Virus record (IMG/VR): IMGVR_UViG_2513237125_000007
Coordinates: 1 to 64,000 of that record
Length of the DNA stretch: 64,000 nucleotides
Source: an uncultured virus (IMG/VR IMGVR_UViG_2513237125_000007)
Taxonomy: Duplodnaviria; Heunggongvirae; Uroviricota; Caudoviricetes
Direction: 5' to 3' (one strand)
Shown here: positions 46,957 through 56,454 of the stretch, piece by piece
How positions within the stretch are numbered: position 1 is the stretch's first letter
Layout: the number at the start of each line of letters is the position of its first letter
Program-made: the position numbers and the translations under genes
Notes under the pieces: generated by a model
Database searches by the model: none
What the model was told of the DNA's origin: nothing
What the model saw: only the letters and a program-made list of their open reading frames with translations

Positions 46957-47238
46957 ATGAGCGAAAAAATGACAGTGAGTTGCGGTAACGTGTTCGAGGA
47001 TCTGGGTTTCCCCCCTGATGAGGCCGCCGCCATGCTGGCACGTGAAACGTTGTTGATCGCGCTGGAAAAGGAATTACGCAAGCGTGGCAAAAAGCAGCAG
47101 GAACTGGCTGATGAACTCGGCGTGCCTCGGACTCGTATTTCTGAAGTGATGCATCTCAAAACAGATCGATTCAGCGTGGATAAGCTTGTCAGTTTGTTGC
47201 ATCGTGCTGGGAAACGCGTGGAAATCCGTGTGCGTTGA
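46957..47238 (+). CDS. HTH (XRE/HTH_37-like) antitoxin
   Basis: GNVFEDLG..Q.ELA..LGV...RIS....DRFSVD.L. Confidence 0.85.
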   Translation: MSEKMTVSCGNVFEDLGFPPDEAAAMLARETLLIALEKELRKRGKKQQELADELGVPRTRISEVMHLKTDRFSVDKLVSLLHRAGKRVEIRVR

Positions 47239-47249
47239 GATTTCAAGAG

Positions 47250-47549
47250 ATGAGTCTGTCTAAAACACTTCCCCCCATTCACCCAGGGGAAATTCTCCGG
47301 GAGGAGTTTATGGTCCCTCTAGGTCTGTCCAGTAATGCGCTGGCTAAGGCCATTGGGATAACGGCGGCACGCATCAATGAGATTGTGCGCGAGCGGCGCG
47401 GGATCACCGCAGATACTGCTTTGCGTCTGGCGCGCTACTTCGGTACCGATCCGCAAAGCTGGCTGAATTTGGAACAGCACTATGCGTTGGAATGTGCCAA
47501 ACGTGATCTTGGAGATGCGCTGTCACGGATTCATCCGCGAGTGGCTTGA
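47250..47549 (+). CDS. higA: HigA/VapI-family antitoxin (orphan)
   Basis: PIHPGEILREEF..R.ITADTALRLARYFGT..WLNL. Confidence 0.9.
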   Translation: MSLSKTLPPIHPGEILREEFMVPLGLSSNALAKAIGITAARINEIVRERRGITADTALRLARYFGTDPQSWLNLEQHYALECAKRDLGDALSRIHPRVA

Positions 47550-47553
47550 ACGC

Positions 47554-48204
47554 CTACCCCTGCGCTGGGGTGGTGGGTGCATTGGGTCCTTGGGCCGTAT
47601 GGTGGTGACGTTGTAGGCCAATATCTGCGGCGGTGATGTCCCCGTGTGCGTGAATGGTGCCGTCTACGGTGAGGTTGCCGGTGAGGTGGAGGTTAGGCGT
47701 GTCCAAGGTGAGGCGGTCGCTAGCGGTGAGGGTGGCGCTGGCGCAGATCAGGGTGACGGTGCCGGATGCGGCGGAGGCATCCACGGTCAGGGCGTGGGCT
47801 TGGCGGTCGTAGGTGATGCGGGTTCCGTCGCCAAACAACAGGCAGGGCTGGTGGGCGGTGCTGCTGGGCGCGGGGAAGGTTTCTTGGTAGAGGCTGCCAG
47901 GCAAGACGATGCCCAGTGCTGAATCCCCATTGGGGCACAGTGCAATGACTTGTTCCCCCAGGTGCGGCAGCCACCAGGAGCGGTCGGCTCCGGCACGTGA
48001 AGCCATCACCGGCAGCCAGCCAGTGAGCAGTTCTCCGGCTTCAATCCGCACGCAGGCGGTCGCAGGGTCCAGTGCGGCGACGGTCCCTTGAAGGATCAGG
48101 TGCGCTAATTGGCGGGTGTGTTCGTTGAGTGTCTGTCTCACGGGGCGATCTGGTGATAGCTGTCTTGGAAGGAGGGGCCGGTCTGCGGGGTGAAGGACAG
48201 CCAT
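47554..48204 (-). CDS. Baseplate spike gpV (start uncertain)
   Basis: LTGWLP..RAG..W.P..GEQV..F.DG..YD; C-terminal HxH motif. Confidence 0.88.
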   Translation of the reverse strand: MAVLHPADRPLLPRQLSPDRPVRQTLNEHTRQLAHLILQGTVAALDPATACVRIEAGELLTGWLPVMASRAGADRSWWLPHLGEQVIALCPNGDSALGIVLPGSLYQETFPAPSSTAHQPCLLFGDGTRITYDRQAHALTVDASAASGTVTLICASATLTASDRLTLDTPNLHLTGNLTVDGTIHAHGDITAADIGLQRHHHTAQGPNAPTTPAQG

Positions 48205-48680
48205 AGGTGGGTGGGCAGGGTGCCTGCATGGGTCCAGGCGCTGTTACCAAGAAAGACGGGTTGTTGCCATTCCACGGTCCAGACGACGTATTGATCTAAT
48301 TCGGCGTTGAATTCGTCTGGGTAGATGGCAATCACGCGGCACGGATCGGTCGGTACGCCACGCCAGCGGCGCTGGTACAGCCAGGTGCCCAGGGCGGCGG
48401 CGGCCAGACGTGCTTGTAGGTGGGTGGTGGGGCCGCGGTGCCCTAGGACAAGCCGTGCCTGAAAGCGCAGCAGGGCGGGGAATTGTCCGGTGCCTGCATC
48501 GTTTTCGGGGGCGGGTTCGATCTCGCTCAGGGTCAGTAAACAGGCGGGCATGGGCAATTGGTGGTCTTCATCGTCCTGGTAAAAGGTCACGGTGGCCAGG
48601 TCTGGGAATTGCGCTGCAATTTGGTCGCGGATGGCGGTATGCAGGGCGTCCAGGCTTATGTCGGTGTGCGTGTCCGCCAT
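48138..48680 (-). CDS. Tail completion/terminator-like protein
   Basis: Position between neck genes and gpV; coupled ORF. Confidence 0.55.
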   Translation of the reverse strand: MADTHTDISLDALHTAIRDQIAAQFPDLATVTFYQDDEDHQLPMPACLLTLSEIEPAPENDAGTGQFPALLRFQARLVLGHRGPTTHLQARLAAAALGTWLYQRRWRGVPTDPCRVIAIYPDEFNAELDQYVVWTVEWQQPVFLGNSAWTHAGTLPTHLWLSFTPQTGPSFQDSYHQIAP

Positions 48681-49177
48681 TGCAGTTCGTGCTCAAACAG
48701 GGTGTAAAAGCGTGCTTCACAGGGGGCTGTGTCAAGAAGGCCGTTTTCAATATAGGTGATGGAGGGGGCGTAAATGTCGGCTGTTTGAACGGCCACGGGG
48801 TAGCGGGCGCGGCCCAGGCGTTTGAGTACCTGCCGTTTGCCGCGCACTGTGGCGATGAATGCGCCTTTGATCTGACGCCCGCCAAGGGCGCTGACGCCGC
48901 TAGGGGTGGCTTTGGGTTTCAGCCATAGGAGGGGGACGGGGTTCAGGCCGTACCACACTTTCATCTGGTCGCGTTGTCGATAGGTGCGCAGGCGGCGGCG
49001 TACGATCTTTTGTTGGAGTTGCAATGCATCGCTCAGCCCACGCACGGAGCGGGTACGCAGCCAGGCCGCCATTTTGATGCTGGCCGAACGTAGGGCCTGT
49101 TGCATCTGGGTTTCCGTGGCGTTGAGTGCTTGCGCGATGGCGGTGAGGCTGTGGGTGTGGATGTGGAAGCCAATCAT
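48656..49177 (-). CDS. Minor tail/neck protein (lambda Z-like)
   Basis: Basic; GAFIA..V.KR.GRARYP motif. Confidence 0.65.
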   Translation of the reverse strand: MIGFHIHTHSLTAIAQALNATETQMQQALRSASIKMAAWLRTRSVRGLSDALQLQQKIVRRRLRTYRQRDQMKVWYGLNPVPLLWLKPKATPSGVSALGGRQIKGAFIATVRGKRQVLKRLGRARYPVAVQTADIYAPSITYIENGLLDTAPCEARFYTLFEHELQWRTRTPT

Positions 49178-49500
49178 GGGGGCACCATCGGGGCCAGCCG
49201 CACGAGGGCCATGCCGGTTCCATCCGGTTGTGGGTCGTGGGTGAGGCGGTAGTGGCGATCTTCAATGCGGGCGTAGTCATGTTTTTTGAAGCCCATAACA
49301 TCGGTCTCTTTGCAGGTAAAGGAGGGTTCCGGGGCGTTCATTCTGTAGTCGCCGATGTCCGCATCAATGTAGGTCGCGTCAAAAACAATGGTGCATGCAT
49401 GGACGCGCCCCGTTTTCTCCGAGTGCAACTGGGCTGTCACGGCAAAATCATCGGTTTCTAGGAAGGCGTCTAGATCGTCCCAGCAGGGGTGGTGCATCAA
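49174..49500 (-). CDS. Head-tail joining protein
   Basis: DLDAFL.TDDFA..PQPDGTGMA.V.L. Confidence 0.7.
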   Translation of the reverse strand: MMHHPCWDDLDAFLETDDFAVTAQLHSEKTGRVHACTIVFDATYIDADIGDYRMNAPEPSFTCKETDVMGFKKHDYARIEDRHYRLTHDPQPDGTGMALVRLAPMVPP

Positions 49501-49757
49501 CGGCGACCGCCGCGTTGGGATGGCTTCTCATTGGTTTCTGTACGGGTCAACGTGTTGGGCGTGGGCGTTTCGCCGCTGGGTGGGTCGATGATCACCCCCA
49601 CGGGGCCATCGGCATCACCGGCAAGCTCAGCACGGCCACGGCGCATTAAATCGTGCGCCAGTGCCGTAGGGACCTGGACGATTGTGCCAGGGCGGTAAAT
49701 CAGGCCTTGGATCACCACCGCAGCGCTGATTTTGAGGGTGTTTGTCGTCGTCGACAT
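49497..49757 (-). CDS. Small head-associated hypothetical protein
   Basis: Follows the capsid gene; AAGGA RBS. Confidence 0.55.
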   Translation of the reverse strand: MSTTTNTLKISAAVVIQGLIYRPGTIVQVPTALAHDLMRRGRAELAGDADGPVGVIIDPPSGETPTPNTLTRTETNEKPSQRGGRR

Positions 49758-49774
49758 GGTGTGTTCCTTAAGGG

Positions 49775-51655
49775 TCAGGCGGCTGCGCCGTAGCAGAAGC
49801 TTTCGGTACGACGGATGTTAAAGTCGACGTCTTGGAACACGACAATCCGCGTGCCGCCGCTGGTGCTGAGGCTGTAGGGGTCAACGGTGATATCTAAGCC
49901 TCCCCACATGGCAATGATGAGGTCCGCCCAGTTCCCAAAGAAGACATCACCGGCCTTAATCTGGTTGGACACGCTGGCGGGGTAGCCGTTGACGGTGTTG
50001 CCGGATTCCCAAATCGTGCCGCTGGCGGCGGTCTGGGGAAACTTCAAGGCCGTTTTGGCGTAGCCACGTATGCCCGCATTGAAGGCGTAGGACATGGCGT
50101 TCACATCTGCGTTGTTCAGTGCAATTTGCGTTTCCATCTGGACAAGTTCAGCAAATGTGGGTTGCCCTTTTTGTGCAAAGGACACGGCGTTAATGCCGCT
50201 GTGGTGTTTAACGCCTGTGGGTTGCATATCCGAGCCGCTGCCGTAGATGGCGGCACGGTCCACTTCCAGGGCCATGACGTTCAGGAGGTCGCTGCGGACG
50301 ATTTGTTCGGCATCCGGGGTGGATTGCAAGAGCAGACGCCGGGTGATGTCGGTATAGGCGGCCAGGGATTTGGGGGTGAAGTGGATTTGGTCCAGGGCCG
50401 GTTTGCTTTTTTCCGGTGAGTCACCTTCCCCCACCCAGTAGGCTTGGGTGGTGCCTTTCTGTCTAGGAATATCGACGTTGCCAACCAGGCCGCCCATCAC
50501 GGTAGCGCGCTGCATGACCCAGGTTTTATTACGCAGGATTTCGATAAAGGAGGAGGCGTGCAGTTCGGTGGCAATGATGTTGCCGCCGGGGCCGTCCGTC
50601 GGGGTGGTGGTGGAGAAGGCGCGGTTCAGGACGTCCGAGGGGATCAGCAGGCCGCGCGCCTGTTTGCCGTAGGTTTTTTCTGCGGCGGCGGAGCAGGCAA
50701 TCTCAAAGGCCGCCGCGTTGCGGTCGGTTTGGCTGGCATTAGGCAATAACGCGCGGACCGCGCGGACGATGCTGTAGTGCCGTATTTCTTGTGTGGACAG
50801 GCCGATGCCGGTGTCAGTGTCGGTCTGTGGTTCGGATTGGGGCATGGATGCTTTGTCCGTCAGTTTTGTCAGTAAGGCGCGCTGGAATGCTTCCGGTGAG
50901 TGGCCTTGGGTAATGTAGTCATGCGCTAGTTCCAAGTGCCCGTAGGTTTTGCCAAGGTCCGCAATGTGTCTGACACGGGTCCGCTCGGCATCGACGCCGT
51001 TGAGGGTGCCGGTATCGTTGGATGTCGGCTGGGGTGTGCTGGTGGTGTCGGCATGGGTGGGGGGTGATGGTTCCGTCATGGGTTGATCCTCAGGGGTGCA
51101 TGGAGTGTGTGGTGCGGCGGCTGGGGTGTCCTGTGGCGGATTTTCCAAGGCGCGCCCGATGCCCACGGAAGGGTCGGCAGGGATGCTGACAATGGAGATT
51201 TCAATGGGTTCCCAGTCCGTGGCGCGGTATAGGGGGCACCCGTCGCGTTGGCCGATCACTTCGACTTGATGCACCAAATAGCCCACTGAGACGTGTTTAC
51301 GGATGCCGTCCAGGACATCTCGTAAGATTTCTTCAGCACGTGGGCTGCGCCCGAAGCGCACGATGGCGCGTCCGCGGTGGTCGCTGTCAATAGAGGCCGA
51401 TTCGACAACGCCAATCTGATCGCGCGGGTTGTGGTCCAGGAGTAAGGCGGCACCGTTGTCAAGACGGTGCAGGCGCACTTCGCCGGGGCGGTGGCCGAGA
51501 ATCTCCACGCCGGACCATGTCTTTACTTCTGCTGATTCGCTGCTAAATGCAAGTTCAAGGGTTCGGGCGGGTGCGTCTATCGACAGGACGTCGGCATGGC
51601 GGTACTGGGTGCCGCCTTTGCGAAGGTCCCGTACTACTTCAGTCGCTGTGTTCAT
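49775..51655 (-). CDS. Fused prohead protease-scaffold-major capsid protein (HK97 fold)
   Basis: LLDH..IGVV..VSVGY..EISIVSIPAD protease; ER.R scaffold segment; AYWVGEG..PK..FGNW capsid. Confidence 0.88.
   Translation of the reverse strand: MNTATEVVRDLRKGGTQYRHADVLSIDAPARTLELAFSSESAEVKTWSGVEILGHRPGEVRLHRLDNGAALLLDHNPRDQIGVVESASIDSDHRGRAIVRFGRSPRAEEILRDVLDGIRKHVSVGYLVHQVEVIGQRDGCPLYRATDWEPIEISIVSIPADPSVGIGRALENPPQDTPAAAPHTPCTPEDQPMTEPSPPTHADTTSTPQPTSNDTGTLNGVDAERTRVRHIADLGKTYGHLELAHDYITQGHSPEAFQRALLTKLTDKASMPQSEPQTDTDTGIGLSTQEIRHYSIVRAVRALLPNASQTDRNAAAFEIACSAAAEKTYGKQARGLLIPSDVLNRAFSTTTPTDGPGGNIIATELHASSFIEILRNKTWVMQRATVMGGLVGNVDIPRQKGTTQAYWVGEGDSPEKSKPALDQIHFTPKSLAAYTDITRRLLLQSTPDAEQIVRSDLLNVMALEVDRAAIYGSGSDMQPTGVKHHSGINAVSFAQKGQPTFAELVQMETQIALNNADVNAMSYAFNAGIRGYAKTALKFPQTAASGTIWESGNTVNGYPASVSNQIKAGDVFFGNWADLIIAMWGGLDITVDPYSLSTSGGTRIVVFQDVDFNIRRTESFCYGAAA
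51128..51146 (-). promoter_or_regulatory. Late-promoter motif copy inside the protease-capsid gene
   Basis: GGAAAATCCGCCACAGGAC, upstream of GAGGA and the in-frame ATG at 51079. Confidence 0.65.
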
Positions 51656-53237
51656 GGGGGGTGGGTTCCTTCTCGGTCGGTGTGGCGTTGGCGACAGTGA
51701 GGTCTGCGCCATACAGCAGGTACTTGAGGTAGTCGTTGGGGATGCCGGAGGCTTGCATTTCTTTCAGGTCTTGGGCGATTTCGCGAAAGACGTCCTGGGG
51801 GTCGCGGCCTTGTTCCAGGATCACTTGGCTGGTGGAGGTCAGGCCGCCACGGATGCAGGTCAGTGCGCTTTCAACGTCGGCGCGGGGATCAACCCAGGCC
51901 CAGCGGCGGCCTTGCCAGGAAACGCGGCGGTATCGGTCGTAGTGCTCGGCAGGCAGTGGTTTGCCATGGACGCGAATCTGTCCGCTCAGCAATGCCACTT
52001 TCAAGGCCGCTTCAAAAACAGGGGTGTGGAGGGATTCGATAAAAAATTGCTGGTCTTCTTTCCAGCGTTCGCGTTCATCCAATGTGCCTTGGCGGATGCT
52101 GGAGTAGTTGACGTCCGCCAGATCGCCGGAGAGGGCGTGGTAGGAGAGATCCATGCCCGCGGCCAAGCTTTGTTTGGCGGCTTTGGTGAATAAGCCAAAT
52201 TCCCCTGAGGGGTATTGGGGGTTCCAGTCTTGAAATTCTGCGCCGTGGGGGAGTTCGTGGATGGCTAAGGGTCCGGCGTTCATCTGGATTGTTTGGGCAA
52301 CGTTTTCCTGTTCGTCGGCGCGCGGTCCATAGCCCTCCGGATAGCGGACAAAGCCCATTTTGCTCGCGGCGGCGCGTGCGTTTTGTACGGCGGCTTCTTC
52401 AAAGCCTTGTAGGTGGTGCAGACGCAGTAGGGAGGTGGCGGCCCAAGGCAGGCCGCGGCGTTGTCCCACCATCACGGGTTTGAAGATGTGGATCACTTCG
52501 TCGGCAGGAACGCGGACGTAGCCTCGTCCATTGATGCTGTAGTAGTAGGCGTCACGTTCGTCAATGGAGCTGAAGTGATAGGCCAGTGGTTTTCCGAATC
52601 GGTTAAATTCGATGCCTTGTCGGACAAATCCGCCGGTCTGGTCGGTTTTCAGCATTTGGTAGCGCACCGGCAGGCGCAAGGGGTCAATCAGTTGTAAGCA
52701 AAAGCCATGCGGTCCGGCGTGTGTGCCATAAATTTTTCGGGCAATACACTCTCCATCACGGGCGCAGGTCTCGACGCAGAGGGTCTGGATTTCACGCCAT
52801 GATAATTTTCCGGTGACGTCACAATGGCCTTTGCGGCCCCAGTCTTGCCACCAGGTTTCAATGGCGTCGTTGATGGTGGTGTCCAGGGCACCGCTGCGCG
52901 ATTTTCTGCTTTGGGCCTGCATGACGATGCCGCGAGGACCCACAATGTTACGGCGGCATAGGTCAATGTACCGTTTGACATGGTCGTTGTTGGACCATTG
53001 TTCGCGCATGCGCGCGACCAGGATTGGAAGACGTTGGGTGATGTATTCGTCCGGGGAGACGGGGATGCTGCTCCACAGGTCATTGGCATCCACTTGTCCG
53101 GCTTTGAACATGCCGCCTAGGGGCAGCAGGCGCTGATACCAGCGCCGCGGGGTGTGGTTTGGCTGGGGTGTTGCCGTGTCTGGGGTGGGCTGATCTGGAG
53201 GGGCTGTGCGCTGTGTCCACCATGTCCAGAGGTTCAT
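51639..53237 (-). CDS. Portal protein, lambda family
   Basis: DGE, GIEFNRFGKP.AY, GQRRGLPW, VNYSSIR, WVDP. Confidence 0.92.
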   Translation of the reverse strand: MNLWTWWTQRTAPPDQPTPDTATPQPNHTPRRWYQRLLPLGGMFKAGQVDANDLWSSIPVSPDEYITQRLPILVARMREQWSNNDHVKRYIDLCRRNIVGPRGIVMQAQSRKSRSGALDTTINDAIETWWQDWGRKGHCDVTGKLSWREIQTLCVETCARDGECIARKIYGTHAGPHGFCLQLIDPLRLPVRYQMLKTDQTGGFVRQGIEFNRFGKPLAYHFSSIDERDAYYYSINGRGYVRVPADEVIHIFKPVMVGQRRGLPWAATSLLRLHHLQGFEEAAVQNARAAASKMGFVRYPEGYGPRADEQENVAQTIQMNAGPLAIHELPHGAEFQDWNPQYPSGEFGLFTKAAKQSLAAGMDLSYHALSGDLADVNYSSIRQGTLDERERWKEDQQFFIESLHTPVFEAALKVALLSGQIRVHGKPLPAEHYDRYRRVSWQGRRWAWVDPRADVESALTCIRGGLTSTSQVILEQGRDPQDVFREIAQDLKEMQASGIPNDYLKYLLYGADLTVANATPTEKEPTPHEHSD

Positions 53238-53782
53238 CCTACAAACCTCACAGGAACGACGTTCCCCCAGCGGGGGGTATCGGTGGGTGTTTCGCGCTGT
53301 ACGGCAACGGCGTAGAAGGTGCGCAGTTTCAGTAATTCGGCGATGGGGGTGCGCCACAGTTCGCGGTTGTTGATGCGGTAGCGCTGTTGGTCCTGGGTGG
53401 CGCGTTTTTGCAGGACGGCGTTGATGGCATCTAAGGCGCGTTGGTTGTCGCTGCGTCCGTCATAGCCTTGGGGCAGCGATGCGAAGTCCGGTTCCACACG
53501 GAATGTGCCACGTTTTAGTTCGATGGTGTGGGGGCTGTGTGCTGCACGCAGTTGGTAGAGGTAATCGCCGGGTGTCCACTGTGCAGTGTCCGCAGCGGGG
53601 ATGTCGAAGCGGTGGGTGGTGTTTTCACCCTGGGCGATGAGGTCCAGTGATGCCGGACCACGCAGCAGGCAATGGAGTGTCCAGTCGGGCCAGGGGTAGT
53701 CTTTGAGTGCAAAGGCGATCTGTAATGAGCATCCAGCATTGATCTTGGCAGGGAATGTTGGGCAGCGGTGCTGGAATGTCAT
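53234..53782 (-). CDS. Head completion (lambda gpW-like C-terminus) protein
   Basis: C-terminal LDAINA..YRINNREL..EL.KLR; between terL and portal. Confidence 0.6.
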   Translation of the reverse strand: MTFQHRCPTFPAKINAGCSLQIAFALKDYPWPDWTLHCLLRGPASLDLIAQGENTTHRFDIPAADTAQWTPGDYLYQLRAAHSPHTIELKRGTFRVEPDFASLPQGYDGRSDNQRALDAINAVLQKRATQDQQRYRINNRELWRTPIAELLKLRTFYAVAVQRETPTDTPRWGNVVPVRFVG

Positions 53783-53785
53783 GGG

Positions 53786-55738
53786 TCACCAGTCGTTAGC
53801 CCATGTTCTCCGGCTTTTTAAGGGGTGCCGGGGGCGTTGGGGGCGGAAATGAGGGGTATGGTGTTGCACTTCTGGGGTGGGGTCCTGTGGCGGTTTTTCC
53901 TCGGGCAATAAGGCGGCGGCGTCCTTAATACGCTTGGCGTCATGTGGTAGATGCGGGTTGATGATTTTGAGGGCGGCGTAGGCGTAGACGCGGCAATCCA
54001 ATGCTTCGTTGGGGGTTTTGTCGGGTTTGGTCCATTGGCGTATGGGCTGGCCTTTGAGGTAGCGGGTGCGCAATTTCTCAGCCGTCAGTTGGGCAAACCA
54101 GTCGGGGGAACGGTCTGCGGGGAAATGGGAGTAGCCTGGGCCGGGCTGGGTGATGGCAAGGCGGCGCATCACAATTAATTTTGCTTCGTCCACGCCAACG
54201 GTAAAGAGGTTGATTCTGGGTGCGTTGCGTCCGGAATGTTTGCGTTGTGCTTTGTCTACGATGGGACGGCCCCAGCCGCCAACGCCTTTAATGCCAAAGA
54301 GGCGTCTGCCTGTCCTGGTACGCAGGTATTGGTAAGCGGCTTGGGTGTAGCCGGAGGTGCCTCCGGTATCTAAGCAGGCAGCCTGGATGGATAGACGTAG
54401 GCCGCTTTCATGCTGCCAGGTGGTAGAGAGGTAGCGGTCCAGTGCGTCCCAGACGTCGCCTAAGAGGGGATCGCCGTAGAGAACGGCGGTATGAATGGAC
54501 CAGGATTCTTCGCCAATGCCCCATGCGACAATTTCCACTTCAAGGCGGTCGGTTTGCATGTCGATGCCCGCCGTGAGAAAGACGCCGCCCATAGGAACAT
54601 CGGCAAGGTAGGTTTCAAGGCGGCGCAGTAGGTCGTCAATGTCGGCCTGTTCGGCGGTCTCGCTCCATACGCGGGCCAGGCTGACGTTGGTGAATGTTTG
54701 TAGGTCCTGGTGTTTGAGTTTGTCCAGGTAGTCTTGAACGATGGCGCTTTGGCGGCGGAAGGTGGAGTAGAGTTCGTTCAGTTCGTAGGAGGCATGGCCG
54801 TTAAAGGGTTTGCTGGCCTGCCAGCGGGCTTGGCGAACAGCGGCAATGCGTTGGCCGTCATCCCAGCATACGCCGCACCCTTGGCAGACGTAGCGTGCAG
54901 TGTGCGGTTGATGGGCGTCGATAGTGGCCAAATCGGCGTCGGGGTCGCTTTGGCGTCCAACCCAGCTGACGTGTTCCCATTCTAGGGTTTGTTCGCATCC
55001 GCAAGCGGGGCAGCGTACATAAAATCGCCTCTGGTCTCCGGCCCGGTAGGCCTCATCAATATAGCTGGCACCTTCAATGGTGGGTGTGCTGATCTCCAGA
55101 AGAAACCGTTCATCCCCAAAGGTCGCGGCGCGCTGCCACAACAGGCTCACCGGGTGGCCTTCGTCCGTGCGTTCGTAGCCGTCGATTTCGTCGCACACAA
55201 TCAGTGGAGCTGAGCGCCCGCGCATGGTCTTTGGGGAGCCTGACCAGGCAAACATCAGAAATCCTCCAGGGTAGGATTTCATCCGCTGGTTGTTGACGCC
55301 ATCGCGACCACGTGGTTTTGCAATGAGGTGTTGCAATCCTTGGTTGGCTGCAATCAGCGGGGAGAATTTGGTTTCTAGCCAGGCTTGTAAATCGCCTTGG
55401 GAGGGTTGCAGCATCATTTGGCTGCGAGGGGCCATTTCGATGCAGTAGCCTTGTACGCATAAGGCCAGCATGGTTTTACCGACTTGTGCGCCCCATTTCA
55501 GGGTGACGCGGTAGCAGTCCGGGTCCACCAGCATATCCATGGGTTCGCGTTGGTAGGGGGCGTTGTCGAGGCGCAAGGGGCCAGGAATGGCGTTGCCTTC
55601 AGGAATGCGGATGCGTGTCTGTGCCCATTCGGAAGGCTTCATTGCTGGGGGTGGTCGCAGCATCTGTAAGGCGTTGCTGATCATCTGATCGACGCCTTCT
55701 TGGTTTTCTAGGGCGGTTAAACCAAAGGTTTCAGACAT
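53786..55738 (-). CDS. terL: Terminase large subunit, lambda GpA family
   Basis: PYQRE, AQVGKT, CDEID, STPT, GIDMQ, NEALDC. Confidence 0.93.
   Translation of the reverse strand: MSETFGLTALENQEGVDQMISNALQMLRPPPAMKPSEWAQTRIRIPEGNAIPGPLRLDNAPYQREPMDMLVDPDCYRVTLKWGAQVGKTMLALCVQGYCIEMAPRSQMMLQPSQGDLQAWLETKFSPLIAANQGLQHLIAKPRGRDGVNNQRMKSYPGGFLMFAWSGSPKTMRGRSAPLIVCDEIDGYERTDEGHPVSLLWQRAATFGDERFLLEISTPTIEGASYIDEAYRAGDQRRFYVRCPACGCEQTLEWEHVSWVGRQSDPDADLATIDAHQPHTARYVCQGCGVCWDDGQRIAAVRQARWQASKPFNGHASYELNELYSTFRRQSAIVQDYLDKLKHQDLQTFTNVSLARVWSETAEQADIDDLLRRLETYLADVPMGGVFLTAGIDMQTDRLEVEIVAWGIGEESWSIHTAVLYGDPLLGDVWDALDRYLSTTWQHESGLRLSIQAACLDTGGTSGYTQAAYQYLRTRTGRRLFGIKGVGGWGRPIVDKAQRKHSGRNAPRINLFTVGVDEAKLIVMRRLAITQPGPGYSHFPADRSPDWFAQLTAEKLRTRYLKGQPIRQWTKPDKTPNEALDCRVYAYAALKIINPHLPHDAKRIKDAAALLPEEKPPQDPTPEVQHHTPHFRPQRPRHPLKSRRTWANDW
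53882..53900 (-). promoter_or_regulatory. Late-promoter motif copy in the terL 3' end
   Basis: GGAAAAACCGCCACAGGAC. Confidence 0.65.
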
Positions 55739-56282
55739 CGCCTGTTTCCTCGTCCTCGTCCTCGTCCTCGTCTTCGTCGGCGTCCGTGTCTTCTTGGGTC
55801 AGGTCCAAGGACGCGAGATTTTCTAAGGTCTGATCGATTTCTTGCAGCAGCACGCGTTTGTAGCGGCGCTCGTCGGTTTCACCCAGTAGGAGGGCGACGG
55901 TCCGCCCTGGAATAGTGCGCAGGTTGGCACGCACTTCTGCAAAGACGCGGGCCAATGTCTTTTCCACCTGCTCCAAAGGAGCAACCTGCTTTTTTGCATC
56001 GGCCAAGTGCAACTCTTCACGTTGCGCTTCAGCGGCGATCTTGCGGCGCTTCCATTCTTCAATATCGGCCACCGCTTCACCCGCCGCTTCTTCTGCGGCT
56101 TTGTCACGTAACCAGCGGGCAACTACAGCCGTGTCAAACGCCCATTCCCGCCCACGCCCACCGCGTTTCACGACCGGGCAGCCGTTACGTGCCCATTGAT
56201 CGATCGTCGGCAACGCTACACCGAATATCTCCGAAAGGCCTGCACGATTAACCTGTTTTCCTTGCTGCTTTTGTAAAACCAT
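55731..56282 (-). CDS. terS: Terminase small subunit, Nu1-like
   Basis: VNRAGLSEIFGV..TIDQW..GCP...GG.G....FDTA.V..W matches the Nu1 winged-helix pattern. Confidence 0.9.
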   Translation of the reverse strand: MVLQKQQGKQVNRAGLSEIFGVALPTIDQWARNGCPVVKRGGRGREWAFDTAVVARWLRDKAAEEAAGEAVADIEEWKRRKIAAEAQREELHLADAKKQVAPLEQVEKTLARVFAEVRANLRTIPGRTVALLLGETDERRYKRVLLQEIDQTLENLASLDLTQEDTDADEDEDEDEDEETGDV

Positions 56283-56335
56283 CGGTCGATATAAACAACA
56301 AGTGAGAATTAAAATGCCACGCACAATGGAAGCTT

Positions 56336-56379
56336 CGCGGAGTTTCGACCCCGCAGGCCTCCCCCATCAGGAAGGACCC
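56336..56379 (-). other. Lambda-like cos site (cosQ 56373-56379; predicted 12-nt cohesive end 56340-56351)
   Basis: GGGTCCT..CG|GGGTCGAAACTC|CGCG compared with lambda GGGTCCT..CG|GGGCGGCGACCT|CGCG; just upstream of terS. Confidence 0.7.
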
Positions 56380-56454
56380 ATGAAAATCTGTCAAATTGCA
56401 GCTAAATTCGCTCATTTGACGCTTCCACATCCACCAGATGCCACTACACCATGG

